NCBI GenBank assembly: GCA_963662315.1
Contig: OY759353.1
Coordinates: forward strand, 3,616,001-3,680,000
Length of the DNA: 64,000 bases
From: Geopsychrobacteraceae bacterium
GTDB lineage: Bacteria; Desulfobacterota; Desulfuromonadia; Desulfuromonadales; Geopsychrobacteraceae
Direction of reading: 5' to 3'
The notes below the pieces were generated by a model. It searched no databases. It worked only from the letters and a program-made list of their open reading frames with translations, and was not told the DNA's origin. Both the position numbers and the translations under genes were made by a program. Shown piece by piece: positions 47,051 through 57,604 of the stretch. Position 1 is the first letter of the stretch. Each line of letters starts with the position of its first letter.

Positions 47051-49018
47051 ATGGCTCTTCACCTCTATACCCTTTTTCACCTTAACCTGAGCTTTTCTTC
47101 TATTGAAGTTGAGCAACGTGCAGAGGTCATTGACCGTTGTTACTGGCCTCTGCTCAGGTTGGTACAGGGAACGGGGGTGAGCGTGGGGATTGAGGTGAGT
47201 GGCTATACCCTGGAAGAAATCGCCCGGATTGACCCTTCCTGGATTGATGAACTGCGGTCATTATCTCAGAGTGGTCTTATTGAACTGGTTGGCAGCGGTT
47301 ATGTACAGATGATCGGTCCTCTGGTTCCTGCGCCGGTCAACCACTGGAATCAGCAGCTGGGACTAGAGGTTTACCAGCGAGTTCTTGGCATTCGACCCGC
47401 TCTGGTTCTGGTCAATGAACAGGCTTATTCCGCGAGCATGGTCGAACATTATCTTGCTGCCGGATATCAGGGCATGATCATGGAGTGGGAAAATCCGTCC
47501 CTGAACCGTTCGGACTGGAACTCTGTCTGGCGGTATTTCCCGCAACAGGCCAAAGGTCTTCATGGCGAGTCGATTCCGCTACTGTGGAATATGTCCATGC
47601 CCTTTCAACAATTTCAGCGTTATGTTCATGGTGAAATTGCGTTGGATGCCTATCTCACCTATTTGAATCGCCACCAGGGTGAGGGGGAAAGACTTTTCCC
47701 TCTCTATGGGAATGATGCCGAAATTTTCGATTACCGACCCGGGCGTTATCGATCTGAAACTGCCCGCCATGATGGCGAGTGGCAACGCATGGCTTTGCTG
47801 TTTGCTGTTTTGCAGAAAGATGAAAGGTTTCGGTTTGTTGCTCCTTCGCAGGCCCTGTCTCTTTGTGACCAGCCAGAGGCCGGAAACCTCTTGGAACTTC
47901 AGACGTCAAGGCAGCCGATTCCAGTTAAAAAGCAGGGTAAGTATAATATTAACCGCTGGGCGGTGACCGGTCGTGATGACCTGTATATCAACAGCTGTTG
48001 CCATAAAATTGCTCTTCATCTTAACCGCAGCAAGGCCAATTCAGATCAATGGCGTGAGCTTTGTTATTTATGGAGTAGCGATTTTCGCACCCATATCACT
48101 GAGAAGCGTTGGTCAGAATATCTGCACCGGTTATGGTGCATGCTGGCGGAATGTCCTGAATATAATGAGCCTGAACGCTCTCGCCAGGCGGATGATGCAG
48201 GTTTTGATAAGTATAAAATTATCTGGCGTAACAGGTTGTTGACGATTGATACGGAATCTGTTCGTTTGGTTCTCAATGCAGACAGAGGCCTAGCTGTTGA
48301 GAGCTTTTCTTTACTGGCAGATCCTGATCTGTCGCTTTTGGGGACGCTACGCCATGGGTATTTTGACCAGATTGATCTGGGGGCAGATTTTTATTCTGGT
48401 CATCTGGTTGCCGAAATACCCGGGGATCACAAGCTGACCGATTTATTGCCGGTTGACCCGACTTTTGAGTGTCAGGGAGGTTCCCTGATTATCAGTGCCG
48501 CTATTGAGACATCCCTAGGCGTTTTGAAAAAGAGTATTTTACTGCCGTTGCGGGGGGAGGGTTTTTCTCTTCGTTATGGTTTTGATTGGCAGGAATTGCC
48601 ATTAGCGGCTCTGCGCCTGGGACACATAACATTAAACCCGGAAGCCTTCAATGCAGCGGGCTTGTATTACGCCACCCATAATGGCGGCCAGGACAAAGAA
48701 ACCTTTCTCATTGATAAGACCCCTGTTAACCATCTTAGCCAAAGTGGCTTTTTGGTATCGTCCTCCCATGGGGTTGGCATAACCGGAGGGGAAATTGAAA
48801 TCGGCGATGACCGGCGGCACCTCAGCATTACCTTTGATCCGGGCAGCTCTGCTTTGACCGGACACATTCAGTATCAGAATGTTGGTGAAAGATATTTTTA
48901 TCGGCTCACTCTTTCCGCGCGTGAAATTGATGATACCTGCAGTGCCTGTCGCAAAGTATCCTCGTCCGTTCCGCAACAAATACATCTCATGATAAAAGTC
49001 CTCTCCACTGTCGCATAG
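47051..49018 (+). CDS. Glycoside hydrolase family 57-like protein
   Basis: FHLNL..YWPLL..SGYTLE; NEQAYS; YGNDAEIFD. Confidence 0.75.
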   Translation: MALHLYTLFHLNLSFSSIEVEQRAEVIDRCYWPLLRLVQGTGVSVGIEVSGYTLEEIARIDPSWIDELRSLSQSGLIELVGSGYVQMIGPLVPAPVNHWNQQLGLEVYQRVLGIRPALVLVNEQAYSASMVEHYLAAGYQGMIMEWENPSLNRSDWNSVWRYFPQQAKGLHGESIPLLWNMSMPFQQFQRYVHGEIALDAYLTYLNRHQGEGERLFPLYGNDAEIFDYRPGRYRSETARHDGEWQRMALLFAVLQKDERFRFVAPSQALSLCDQPEAGNLLELQTSRQPIPVKKQGKYNINRWAVTGRDDLYINSCCHKIALHLNRSKANSDQWRELCYLWSSDFRTHITEKRWSEYLHRLWCMLAECPEYNEPERSRQADDAGFDKYKIIWRNRLLTIDTESVRLVLNADRGLAVESFSLLADPDLSLLGTLRHGYFDQIDLGADFYSGHLVAEIPGDHKLTDLLPVDPTFECQGGSLIISAAIETSLGVLKKSILLPLRGEGFSLRYGFDWQELPLAALRLGHITLNPEAFNAAGLYYATHNGGQDKETFLIDKTPVNHLSQSGFLVSSSHGVGITGGEIEIGDDRRHLSITFDPGSSALTGHIQYQNVGERYFYRLTLSAREIDDTCSACRKVSSSVPQQIHLMIKVLSTVA

Positions 49019-49258
49019 AGTACATGGTCCTTATTTCCTTTAAGCATGCGTTTAATCCCCTCCTTATTTTACGATTCCTTCTCTTATTTCTTCTATAAAA
49101 TCAAGTACCTGTCTCGTTGAACTCTAGGCTTGAACGGATCGCAAGGAGGTGGGTACGGATAGCCAATGAGTGTTGCAGAAAGTTCCGGGATGGTTGTAGT
49201 TATGGGTTAACTTGCTGGAAAAATGTCATTATTTAGCTATCTCCCCTTAAAAAAATAC

Positions 49259-49285
49259 TAAACATTCTAATTTTGGCACCGATAT
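49259..49285 (+). promoter_or_regulatory. Sigma-28 promoter of first flagellin
   Basis: TAAA-N15-ACCGATAT. Confidence 0.75.
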
Positions 49286-49365
49286 GTTCCTTAACAGTAA
49301 CATGGACGTGACTGATTAATAATGAATGACCAGGAAAAGTAACAGCCGGCAATTTTGTTCACAAA

Positions 49366-49400
49366 GGGAAGGGATGCCCGTAACCTACTAAAAGGATTTT
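49366..49400 (+). promoter_or_regulatory. Putative CsrA-binding GGA hairpin and GGA-containing RBS
   Basis: gggaAGGGAtgccc about 25 nt before the ATG; the same element precedes the second flagellin. Confidence 0.6.
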
Positions 49401-49404
49401 AATT

Positions 49405-50934
49405 ATGGCTCTGACAATCAACACGAATATCGCATCCCTGAATGCACAAAGAAACCTTAACGCATCGCAGAAAAACCTGAATGAATCGATGCAGCGCCTG
49501 TCCTCAGGCCTGCGGATCAACAGTGCAAAGGACGATGCTGCCGGGCTGGCAATTTCTGACCGTATGACATCTCAGGTACGTGGATTAAACCAGGCGGTAC
49601 GGAATGCCAACGATGGTATTTCCCTGGCCCAGGTAGCAGAAGGAGCTTTGCAGGAAGGTACCAATATTCTGCAGCGTATGCGGGAACTGGCCGTACAGTC
49701 TGCCAATGACACCAATACTTCCAACGACCGCGCCTCTCTACAGGCAGAAGTTGAGCAATTGCAGGCAGAGCTTGACCGGATTGCAAAATCCTCGACCTTC
49801 AACGGTCAGACGCTGCTTGATGGTAGTATGATTGGGGCCAAATTTCAGGTCGGTTCAGAGGCTGGTGAAACAATCAGTATTTCGATCGGATCTGCAGAGA
49901 TAGATCAATTGGGTATCAGCCGGATTGAGCTGGATAATAGCGATCTGAACTCAACTATCGCTGCTGCGACCTCAGCTCCAACGGCAAACGCCAATACGGG
50001 TGAGAATTTTACCCTTAAGGGAAATTTCGCCAACAACGAATTCAGTAAAGAAATCACTGTGTCCACAGGTGGCACGGCTGCAGATATTGAAGCTGCCGTC
50101 AATAATGTGATCGATAGTACCGGAGTATCCGCTGATGCGCGCACCGATGTAAAAATCAGCAATCTCGAAGCAGATGGTACCGTGTCTTTCAAACTGACGG
50201 GCAGAACTGATGATGATGCTACGACAGAGGATTCCCGTTTTGTCCAGGCGATGGTGAATACAGGCGATCTTACCAATCTGGTTGATGCCATCAATGAGCA
50301 GAGTTCATCTACTGGCATTACGGCAGAGCTTTCCAATGACAAAAAATCAATTACCCTGACCTCTGAGGCTGGTGATGATATTGTTATTGCTGATTACACC
50401 AACGATGCCGTCACCGCGGCCGGGAACAAGGAAATTTCGGTTGTTTCTTTGAATTCACAAGGAACATCTGCCTCCGCAGCTGTGACCTTACAGGATGGCG
50501 GCAATGATTCGACCAGGGCAGGTGGTTATATCACGCTGGACCGTAATGAGGTGTTCTCGATTGATGCCATTTCCGACAATGTCGCTGAAGCGGCCGGAGC
50601 TACCGCTTCTACAATTGAAAATGTCAGTGATATTGATATCAGTACTCAGGAAGGTGCCAGCGATGCGCTGTCTGTTATTGATGGTGCAATTGCTAAAATT
50701 GACAGTATCCGAGGTGATCTGGGTGCTGTTCAGAATCGCTTTGAAAGCACTATTGCCAACTTGTCGAATATTTCAGAGAACATCTCCGCGGCACGTTCAC
50801 GGATTCTGGATGCTGACATTGCTCAGGAGACTTCAGCCATGACCAAGCAGAACATTCTGCAACAGGCTGGTGTTTCAATTCTGGCCCAGGCTAATCAGTC
50901 TCCCCAATTGGCTCTATCTCTGTTGCAAGGATAG
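49405..50934 (+). CDS. fliC: Flagellin 1
   Basis: [50 protein letters not shown]. Confidence 0.98.
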   Translation: MALTINTNIASLNAQRNLNASQKNLNESMQRLSSGLRINSAKDDAAGLAISDRMTSQVRGLNQAVRNANDGISLAQVAEGALQEGTNILQRMRELAVQSANDTNTSNDRASLQAEVEQLQAELDRIAKSSTFNGQTLLDGSMIGAKFQVGSEAGETISISIGSAEIDQLGISRIELDNSDLNSTIAAATSAPTANANTGENFTLKGNFANNEFSKEITVSTGGTAADIEAAVNNVIDSTGVSADARTDVKISNLEADGTVSFKLTGRTDDDATTEDSRFVQAMVNTGDLTNLVDAINEQSSSTGITAELSNDKKSITLTSEAGDDIVIADYTNDAVTAAGNKEISVVSLNSQGTSASAAVTLQDGGNDSTRAGGYITLDRNEVFSIDAISDNVAEAAGATASTIENVSDIDISTQEGASDALSVIDGAIAKIDSIRGDLGAVQNRFESTIANLSNISENISAARSRILDADIAQETSAMTKQNILQQAGVSILAQANQSPQLALSLLQG

Positions 50935-50959
50935 AGCTGAGAAAAAAATAGGCTATACT

Positions 50960-50995
50960 GGAAAGGGTGATGTCAGCATTGCCCTTTCCGTTTTT
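50960..50995 (+). terminator. Intrinsic terminator after flagellin 1
   Basis: ggaaagggtgatg-tcag-cattgccctttcc + gttttt. Confidence 0.7.
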
Positions 50996-51042
50996 CCGGG
51001 ATGATTTTGTTGACAATAATCTAACGATGATAAGGCGAAGGA

Positions 51043-53010
51043 ATGCGCAGAATAGACCAGCTCAGACAACTTCCTCCTCAGCAACGTCTTGAGTCGCTGC
51101 AAAAAATGTTCTTAAAGAACAAGGATTTTTTCCGCAGCAAACAGCCTGCGGTAGCTAACCTTCTCGACGCCCATGGTATTGACCCCTTTCATATAACCAT
51201 TACCGATGATTTTCTGACGATTACTGATAAACGAACCAATGAGTTATGCCATCCGGAAGTAGGGCTTGATAAATTTTCGGAAGCATTAGGGGCGTGGACG
51301 AATAGTGCCTGGATTGATCTCATCGAAGGAAATTTTCTTGTTCACCCGGATCTGGGACCCTATTCGCAGTATACATTGAAATTTCAAACCGTCATGGTGA
51401 AGAAATTTCCCATGCTGTTACCGCGTATCGTGCAGCGGAAAATAAATTTACCGACGTTGCCAAACGGAAAGCGTTTTTCAAACCCGGTGGTATTTTTTGG
51501 CCTTTTTCACGGGTTGCATATTGATTATTACTTAAGTCGTACCCAATTGCGTGATGCTGCGTTTATAGAGCCTGAAGTACCCCGTTTTGTTTTGTCCTGT
51601 TATTTTCTCGATTATAAGAAACTTGACGAGCGTTTTGGTGGACTGCTGTTGCACATTGGTGAATCCATTCCTGATGGGATGCTGGATCGATTGATTAATC
51701 CCGAAGTCATAACCCCGCTGGTATGGACGCGTATTTTGCCCGGTTATGCGAGCGAGAAAGTTGAACACTTTTTACGTGCGATACGGCTTAAGATAAAACA
51801 GGGTCGAGATGTATGGCATCCTCAGGATTTTCAGATTGCCGGACTCTCCAATACTATGGCGAATATCAAAAGCAACAGTTTGGTTTACGCTCGTCCTCAG
51901 TCTCTGTCTGCGCAGAGTCGAATTGCTGTGATCGGAGCCGGACCCTCTCTTAGCGATGATGTCGAGTGGTTGAGATGCCACCAGGATCAAATGGTTATAT
52001 TTGCAGCCCATAGTGCGGTTTCTGCCTTACGCAGAGCCGGAATAAAACCTGATTTTCAGTTCAGTCTGGATATGCATGAATGGAACATTGATCCACAAGA
52101 GTGTCATCAGCTTGATCCTGAAATACCCATAGTGACTCTGATTAACGATGTTCCTCATAAGTTTTCTGCCTTTAAGCATGTACTCAGGATAGTCATGAAG
52201 AGTGGTGTCTATCCGTTACGTTTTAATTGTGGTATTTCACATATATTGCCGACGACAGGGAATATGGCGCTTGGTTTTGCCTGTTACTGTCGCCCACAGC
52301 AGATTTATCTATTTGGCATGGATCTGGGGTTTCGCCAGGCTGATCACACCCATGTCAAAGAGAGTAATGTATATCAGAGTGAAGAAAATCAAAGGGGGAT
52401 TCTCGGCTCCGGGTTTCTTGAGGTGCTGCGCAATTTTCAGGATCGTGATCCGGTCTATTCCCAGCCATATTTTAACGAGGCACGCTTGTTATCTCAAAAA
52501 GCGATACAGGCTCTTGGTGAAGGCATTGAAATTTATAACTGTTCTGATGGCGCATTGATTGAAGGGACACAGGCAAAGAGGGCGCAGGATATTGCTTTGC
52601 GCTCATACCATAAGGGTGGTGATGTCGATACGATACGCTCTATGTTTGTTGAGCTGGAAGAAGGGAAAGATTGGTCTGCGCCACCTGTTGAGGGCGCAGT
52701 TCAGTTACATGCCTTTAACCAGGCGGTCCTTGAGGCCCTGAAAATGCCGAAATTTCAGTGGCTGGCCTGGAGCCAGAAGATTGACGGAATTCTTGGCCTT
52801 GTGCGTGATAGGTTGCCTAAAAAAATAAGTAAAAATCTTGACCAGCGTGTTGGGCCATATTTTGAAACCGTACAGTTGATCCTCGATGCCTGGTATCGCT
52901 GTTTATGTTTCACCAATAACGCAGAAGAGTGGCAGCTGGTTTATGAGGCAGGGTATCAGCAACTGAAAAAGACGCTGGACGAATTTAGCTGGCCAGAAGA
53001 TGTTTACTGA
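51043..53010 (+). CDS. maf: Maf-family (DUF115/MptE-like) flagellin glycosyltransferase
   Basis: VIGAGPSL..AHSAV..GIKPDF..LD; TTGN.A; IYLFGMDLGF; IYNCSDGALIEG; located between two flagellins. Confidence 0.85.
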   Translation: MRRIDQLRQLPPQQRLESLQKMFLKNKDFFRSKQPAVANLLDAHGIDPFHITITDDFLTITDKRTNELCHPEVGLDKFSEALGAWTNSAWIDLIEGNFLVHPDLGPYSQYTLKFQTVMVKKFPMLLPRIVQRKINLPTLPNGKRFSNPVVFFGLFHGLHIDYYLSRTQLRDAAFIEPEVPRFVLSCYFLDYKKLDERFGGLLLHIGESIPDGMLDRLINPEVITPLVWTRILPGYASEKVEHFLRAIRLKIKQGRDVWHPQDFQIAGLSNTMANIKSNSLVYARPQSLSAQSRIAVIGAGPSLSDDVEWLRCHQDQMVIFAAHSAVSALRRAGIKPDFQFSLDMHEWNIDPQECHQLDPEIPIVTLINDVPHKFSAFKHVLRIVMKSGVYPLRFNCGISHILPTTGNMALGFACYCRPQQIYLFGMDLGFRQADHTHVKESNVYQSEENQRGILGSGFLEVLRNFQDRDPVYSQPYFNEARLLSQKAIQALGEGIEIYNCSDGALIEGTQAKRAQDIALRSYHKGGDVDTIRSMFVELEEGKDWSAPPVEGAVQLHAFNQAVLEALKMPKFQWLAWSQKIDGILGLVRDRLPKKISKNLDQRVGPYFETVQLILDAWYRCLCFTNNAEEWQLVYEAGYQQLKKTLDEFSWPEDVY

Positions 53011-53050
53011 AAAATAAATGATTAAAAATGAAAAAAAATAAATTTTTCCC

Positions 53051-53078
53051 TAAAGAATCTATGGACGGCTGCCGAAAA
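53051..53078 (+). promoter_or_regulatory. Sigma-28 promoter of second flagellin
   Basis: cTAAAg; TAAA-N16-GCCGAAAA. Confidence 0.7.
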
Positions 53079-53189
53079 GAACAACGCGAGGTTCTTTTTC
53101 CTGGAGTTGGTTGAACAAAAAGGAGGTGAAAATAGCGTTCATATAACTCCCTAAACTTGGCAAAACAAGCAATTATCAATTAACAAAAT

Positions 53190-53224
53190 GGGCACGGATG
53201 CCCGCAAACACCTTCACGGAGGAA
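53190..53224 (+). promoter_or_regulatory. Putative CsrA-binding hairpin and RBS
   Basis: gggc-ACGGAT-gccc hairpin; acggagga RBS. Confidence 0.65.
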
Positions 53225-53227
53225 ATA

Positions 53228-54754
53228 ATGGCTATTACTATTAACACAAATGTTGCTTCTCTTAACGCTCAACGTAACCTGAATTCATCACAAAGCAGCT
53301 TGAATAAGTCCATGCAGCGTCTGTCATCCGGTCTGCGCATTAACAGCGCTAAGGATGATGCTGCCGGTTTGGCTATTTCTGACCGTATGACTTCTCAGAT
53401 CAATGGTCTTGATCAGGCTGTCCGGAACTCAAACGATGGTATTTCTCTGGCCCAGACGGCAGAGGGCGCATTGCAGGAAAGTACCAACATTCTGCAGCGT
53501 ATGCGTGAGCTGGCTGTCCAGTCTGCCAACGATACCAACACCGCTGAGGACCGTTCTTCTCTCCAGGCTGAAGTTGAGCAGCTCCAGGCAGAGCTTGATC
53601 GTATTGCAGAAACCTCAACCTTTAACGGCCAGAAACTGCTTGATGGCAGTATGATCGGGGCCAAATTCCAGGTGGGTTCAGAAGCTGGTGAAACCATCAG
53701 TATTTCTATCGGCTCCGCCGAAACATCTCAGTTGGGTGTCAGTCGGATTCAGCTTGAAAACAGCCAATTGAATTCAACTGTTGCAGCAGCGACTGCAGCA
53801 CCTACTGCCAATAGTAACAATGGTGATGATTTTACCTTAAAAGGGAACTTCGCGAACAACGAGTTCAGCAAAACAATCTCGGTTACTACCGGGGCTTCGG
53901 CTGCTGATGTCGCTACTGCTGTAAACAATGTCACTGATAGTACTGGAATTACCGCAAACGCTCAGACCGATGTAAAACTCAGCGGTCTTGAGGCTGACGG
54001 AACCGTATCGTTTAAATTGACCGGTGCAACTGACGATGATGCGTCAACCGCAGATTATCGTTTTATCCAAGCCTCGGTAACCACAAATGACCTGTCCAAT
54101 TTGGTCGACGCAATTAACGAGCAAAGTAATACCACGGGTATTACCGCAGAACTTTCGAATGACAAGCAGTCCCTGACCCTGACTTCTGAGGCAGGAGATG
54201 ATATCGTTATTGAAGACTACACCAACGATTCAACGGCTGCTGCTACTGCAAAAGAACTTTCTGTAACGGCTCTTAATTCGAGTGGAACCTCTGCCTCTGC
54301 TTCCGTAACGCTGCAAGACGGTGGCAATGATTCAACTCGTGCCGGTGGTTACGTCACTCTGGACCGTAATGAAGTGTTCTCCATTGATGCTGTTTCTGAC
54401 AGCGTTGCGGCTTCTACCGGAGCAACTGCTTCCACAATCGAGAATGTCGGTGACATCGATATCAGCACTCAAGCTGGTGCCAGTGATGCTCTGTCAGTTA
54501 TCGACGGTGCTATTTCGAAAATCGACAGCATCCGTGGTGATCTTGGTGCGGTTCAGAACCGTTTTGAAAGTACTATCTCTAACCTGTCGAATATTTCAGA
54601 GAACATCTCTTCCGCTCGTTCGCGGATTCTGGATGCCGACATTGCTCAGGAAACCTCAGCCATGACCAAGCAGAACATTCTGCAGCAGGCCGGTGTTTCC
54701 ATCCTGGCCCAGGCCAATCAGTCACCGCAATTGGCTCTGAGTCTGTTAGGTTAA
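53228..54754 (+). CDS. fliC: Flagellin 2
   Basis: Flagellin N- and C-terminal motifs; paralogous to flagellin 1 along its whole length; start ATG 53228 after ggagga. Confidence 0.98.
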   Translation: MAITINTNVASLNAQRNLNSSQSSLNKSMQRLSSGLRINSAKDDAAGLAISDRMTSQINGLDQAVRNSNDGISLAQTAEGALQESTNILQRMRELAVQSANDTNTAEDRSSLQAEVEQLQAELDRIAETSTFNGQKLLDGSMIGAKFQVGSEAGETISISIGSAETSQLGVSRIQLENSQLNSTVAAATAAPTANSNNGDDFTLKGNFANNEFSKTISVTTGASAADVATAVNNVTDSTGITANAQTDVKLSGLEADGTVSFKLTGATDDDASTADYRFIQASVTTNDLSNLVDAINEQSNTTGITAELSNDKQSLTLTSEAGDDIVIEDYTNDSTAAATAKELSVTALNSSGTSASASVTLQDGGNDSTRAGGYVTLDRNEVFSIDAVSDSVAASTGATASTIENVGDIDISTQAGASDALSVIDGAISKIDSIRGDLGAVQNRFESTISNLSNISENISSARSRILDADIAQETSAMTKQNILQQAGVSILAQANQSPQLALSLLG

Positions 54755-54794
54755 TATTCTGCCTGACAAAGTTTAGGATTAAATGCTGGAAATC

Positions 54795-54822
54795 AGGGGC
54801 TGCTCCGGCAGCCCCTCTTTTT
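54795..54822 (+). terminator. Intrinsic terminator after flagellin 2
   Basis: aggggctgc-tccg-gcagcccct + cttttt. Confidence 0.8.
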
Positions 54823-54860
54823 CCCTTACACCAAGGATAGGTGGGGAAAGGATTACATTT

Positions 54861-55211
54861 ATGAATATCGAAGCTTTGAATCTGCAGAATCTTACCCAGT
54901 TTCAACCTCAAAAGAGTGCAGTTGACGCTAATGCGAAAGAAGAAAAGGCAAAAGATAGCCAGCCGCAGAGTGAAGATCTGGAAAGCAAACAGATTCAGCC
55001 TGAGGAATTGTTGCAACAGATCAAATCGTTAACCGAAGACGGTCTATACAGCGTGCGCTTTGAAAGCAACAACGATGCAAACGAATTGATCGTCAAGGTA
55101 GTGAACAGCGAAACGAATGAAGTCATTCGTCAGATTCCCCCGGAAGAGCTGTTGACCCTGACCCAGCGACTGACCGATTTGCGTGGAAATTTGGTCGATA
55201 CCGAAACTTAA
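54861..55211 (+). CDS. flaG: Flagellar protein FlaG
   Basis: IVKVVNSETNEVIRQIPPEE..GNLVD; start ATG 54861. Confidence 0.92.
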   Translation: MNIEALNLQNLTQFQPQKSAVDANAKEEKAKDSQPQSEDLESKQIQPEELLQQIKSLTEDGLYSVRFESNNDANELIVKVVNSETNEVIRQIPPEELLTLTQRLTDLRGNLVDTET

Positions 55212-55299
55212 TCCTTAAGATTTTGGTCGTTTCGGTCGACGAGGTATTGAGGCTTGATGTTTAGGGTCCGAATGCCTGTATACTGTATGGGAGGCTGTT

Positions 55300-56763
55300 G
55301 TGTCTGGTATAACATTTGGTGGTCTGGCGACGGGATTGCCTACTGACAATATTATTGAAGAGTTGATGGCTCTTGAGCGCCAACCGCTTGATCGGTTGGC
55401 AGCGCAAAAGGTCGAGGAGAGCGATCGCCTGGCTGCATTTAAGCAGTTTGATACGCGCCTGAAAGCTCTGCACGATGCTGTCGGTGCCATGGATATTACC
55501 AGTGAGGTTCGCTCCGGGAGTATACAGCTCAGCTCAGAGGACAACCTGACCGCGACCAGTACCGGAGGAACTTCCGGTGATTTTGATATTGCGGTTGTTC
55601 AGTTGGCGCAGGTTCAGAAAAGCGTCAGTTCCGGATATGCTTCCAATATGGAAGCGGTTCTTGGAACCGGCACCATCACTATCGGCTCCGAAACAATTGA
55701 TATTACCGAGGACAATAACTCCCTCAATGCTCTTGCTGTTGAAATTAATGCCCGTTCTGAAGAGTTGGGTGTAAAGGCAACCATCATAAACGATGGTACA
55801 GATGGTGATTCCTATCACTTGGTTCTTACCGGCCAGGATGCCAAGACCTCTTTTTCTGTCAGCAGTAATCTGGTTGATGGCGACGGAAATCCTGTTGCTT
55901 TCGGTGTCAGCGATGTGCGTTCTGCACAACAGGCGGTTGTCTTTGTTGATGGTATTAAGGTTGTCAGCGACAGCAACGAAGTCTCTGGTGTTATTCCTGG
56001 TGTTACTTTGCACCTGAATAAGGCCAGTACCGCTTCTTATGCTGGTACGCCGGAAGATGGTGTGGATTCCTGGGATTGGGCCGATCCTCCACAATATGAC
56101 CTGACGCAGATGACGGTCAGTGCTGATACGGGGGCCCTGAAAGAAAAGATTACCGCCTTTGTTGACGCCTATAATGGGGTTATGGATTGGATCTCCGCCG
56201 GGTACGATACCTTTGGTGCCACGGCACCCACGGAGGCGGAGGTTGAAGCCGGAGAGGAGGATATCCTCAGTGATCTCGTGCGTGGTGACAGTACCGTTAA
56301 CGGAATCAAGCGCCAGTTGCAGGGGATTCTTTCTTCACCTTATGGGGTTGATGGGGCTTTTAAGGTGATGGGGCAGTTGGGTATTTCAACCCGCAAGGAC
56401 GGTTCCCTTAAGCTTGATGAAGAGAAACTGGATAAGGCACTGGAGTCGAATTTTGACGATGTTGCCACGCTGCTGGTTGGTGATGAAAATTCTCAAGGGG
56501 TCATGAAGCAGTTCAATACGACGTTGCTGAAAATAACTGGTTATGCCAGCGGGATGTATGCTGAGAAACAAGATGCTTATGAGGAAATGAACAGTCGCAT
56601 CGACAACCAGATTCGTCGTCTGGAGCCTTTGATGGACAAAAAAGAACAAACATTAAGAGCGCGTTTCTCAGCCATGGAACTTCTTGTTAGTGAAATGAAT
56701 TCTCAGAGCAGTTTTTTGACGCAACAGATGGAAAGTCTCTTAAAAATGACAGGGAATAAGTGA
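55300..56763 (+). CDS. fliD: Filament cap FliD
   Basis: GLATGLPTDNIIEELMALER; VQLAQ; SNEVSGVIPGVTLHL; RARFSAME. Confidence 0.95.
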   Translation: MSGITFGGLATGLPTDNIIEELMALERQPLDRLAAQKVEESDRLAAFKQFDTRLKALHDAVGAMDITSEVRSGSIQLSSEDNLTATSTGGTSGDFDIAVVQLAQVQKSVSSGYASNMEAVLGTGTITIGSETIDITEDNNSLNALAVEINARSEELGVKATIINDGTDGDSYHLVLTGQDAKTSFSVSSNLVDGDGNPVAFGVSDVRSAQQAVVFVDGIKVVSDSNEVSGVIPGVTLHLNKASTASYAGTPEDGVDSWDWADPPQYDLTQMTVSADTGALKEKITAFVDAYNGVMDWISAGYDTFGATAPTEAEVEAGEEDILSDLVRGDSTVNGIKRQLQGILSSPYGVDGAFKVMGQLGISTRKDGSLKLDEEKLDKALESNFDDVATLLVGDENSQGVMKQFNTTLLKITGYASGMYAEKQDAYEEMNSRIDNQIRRLEPLMDKKEQTLRARFSAMELLVSEMNSQSSFLTQQMESLLKMTGNK

Positions 56764-57191
56764 TGAATGCCTATAGTCAATATAAAAACAATCAAATACT
56801 TAATGCATCTCCAGAGCAGATTTTAATCATGCTTTATGATGGTGCTATCCGGTTCACTCGACAGGCAATGATTGCGATTGACGAGCTTGACTATAAAACG
56901 ATGTCGGAAAAAATCAGTCGGGTTATGGCGATTGTCAGTGAATTCTCAATGACTCTTGATATGGAGGTCGGGGGTGCTATTGCTGAAGAGTTGGATGCTC
57001 TTTATGCCTATGTCATTCGCGAACTTGCTCAGGCAAACCTGAAAAAGAGTAAGGACTCTCTGCAGGTTGTTGAAAATATTCTCCTTGATCTGCGAGAAGG
57101 ATTTGTCGGTGCGATTGAGGTGACTCGTCAAAGTTCTGCATCCACCACTGTCGCTGCTAGCAGAGATCAACGGGTGGCAATCTCTTATTGA
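56760..57191 (+). CDS. fliS: Flagellin chaperone FliS
   Basis: ASPEQILIMLYDGAIRF; LDMEVGGAIAEELDALYAY. Confidence 0.96.
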   Translation: MMNAYSQYKNNQILNASPEQILIMLYDGAIRFTRQAMIAIDELDYKTMSEKISRVMAIVSEFSMTLDMEVGGAIAEELDALYAYVIRELAQANLKKSKDSLQVVENILLDLREGFVGAIEVTRQSSASTTVAASRDQRVAISY

Positions 57192-57604
57192 AGAAGAGAA
57201 TCGATATGGAAACCTGTCTGCAGAAATCTATAGAGCAATATAGGCGTATTGTTGACCATGCTCATCAGCTTGAAAAACTGTTGAGCAAGGCAGATCCTGA
57301 AGATTTACGCTCTTATACTGCTCGATTACATGAGCTTCAGGATGAAGCGATCCAGACGGATCGGGTTTTCTACGAGCTTTTTTCGCACAACAGCGAAGCC
57401 TGGCGGGATCACCCGCTGTTTCTTGAACGTTCGGAACTGATTGAACAAATTGTTAAAATGAACCATTTGCTATTGCCGAGAATCCGTGGCATGATGGCGG
57501 TCGCTGCTCATGAAATTTCGCAAATCAAAGGTGGACGGGTGGCAATGGCAGGGTATCATCAGCCCTCTTTGCGGAGCCGCAAGGGGACCCGGATAGTCGG
57601 CTAG
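57188..57604 (+). CDS. Helical hypothetical protein, possible FliT-like chaperone
   Basis: Directly follows fliS; all-helical pattern; identity inferred from position. Confidence 0.55.
   Translation: MKKRIDMETCLQKSIEQYRRIVDHAHQLEKLLSKADPEDLRSYTARLHELQDEAIQTDRVFYELFSHNSEAWRDHPLFLERSELIEQIVKMNHLLLPRIRGMMAVAAHEISQIKGGRVAMAGYHQPSLRSRKGTRIVG

Noticed and set aside
49274..49290. TGGCAC before flagellin 1 as a sigma-54 promoter
   Set aside because: No GC at the -12 position; the site overlaps a better sigma-28 match.
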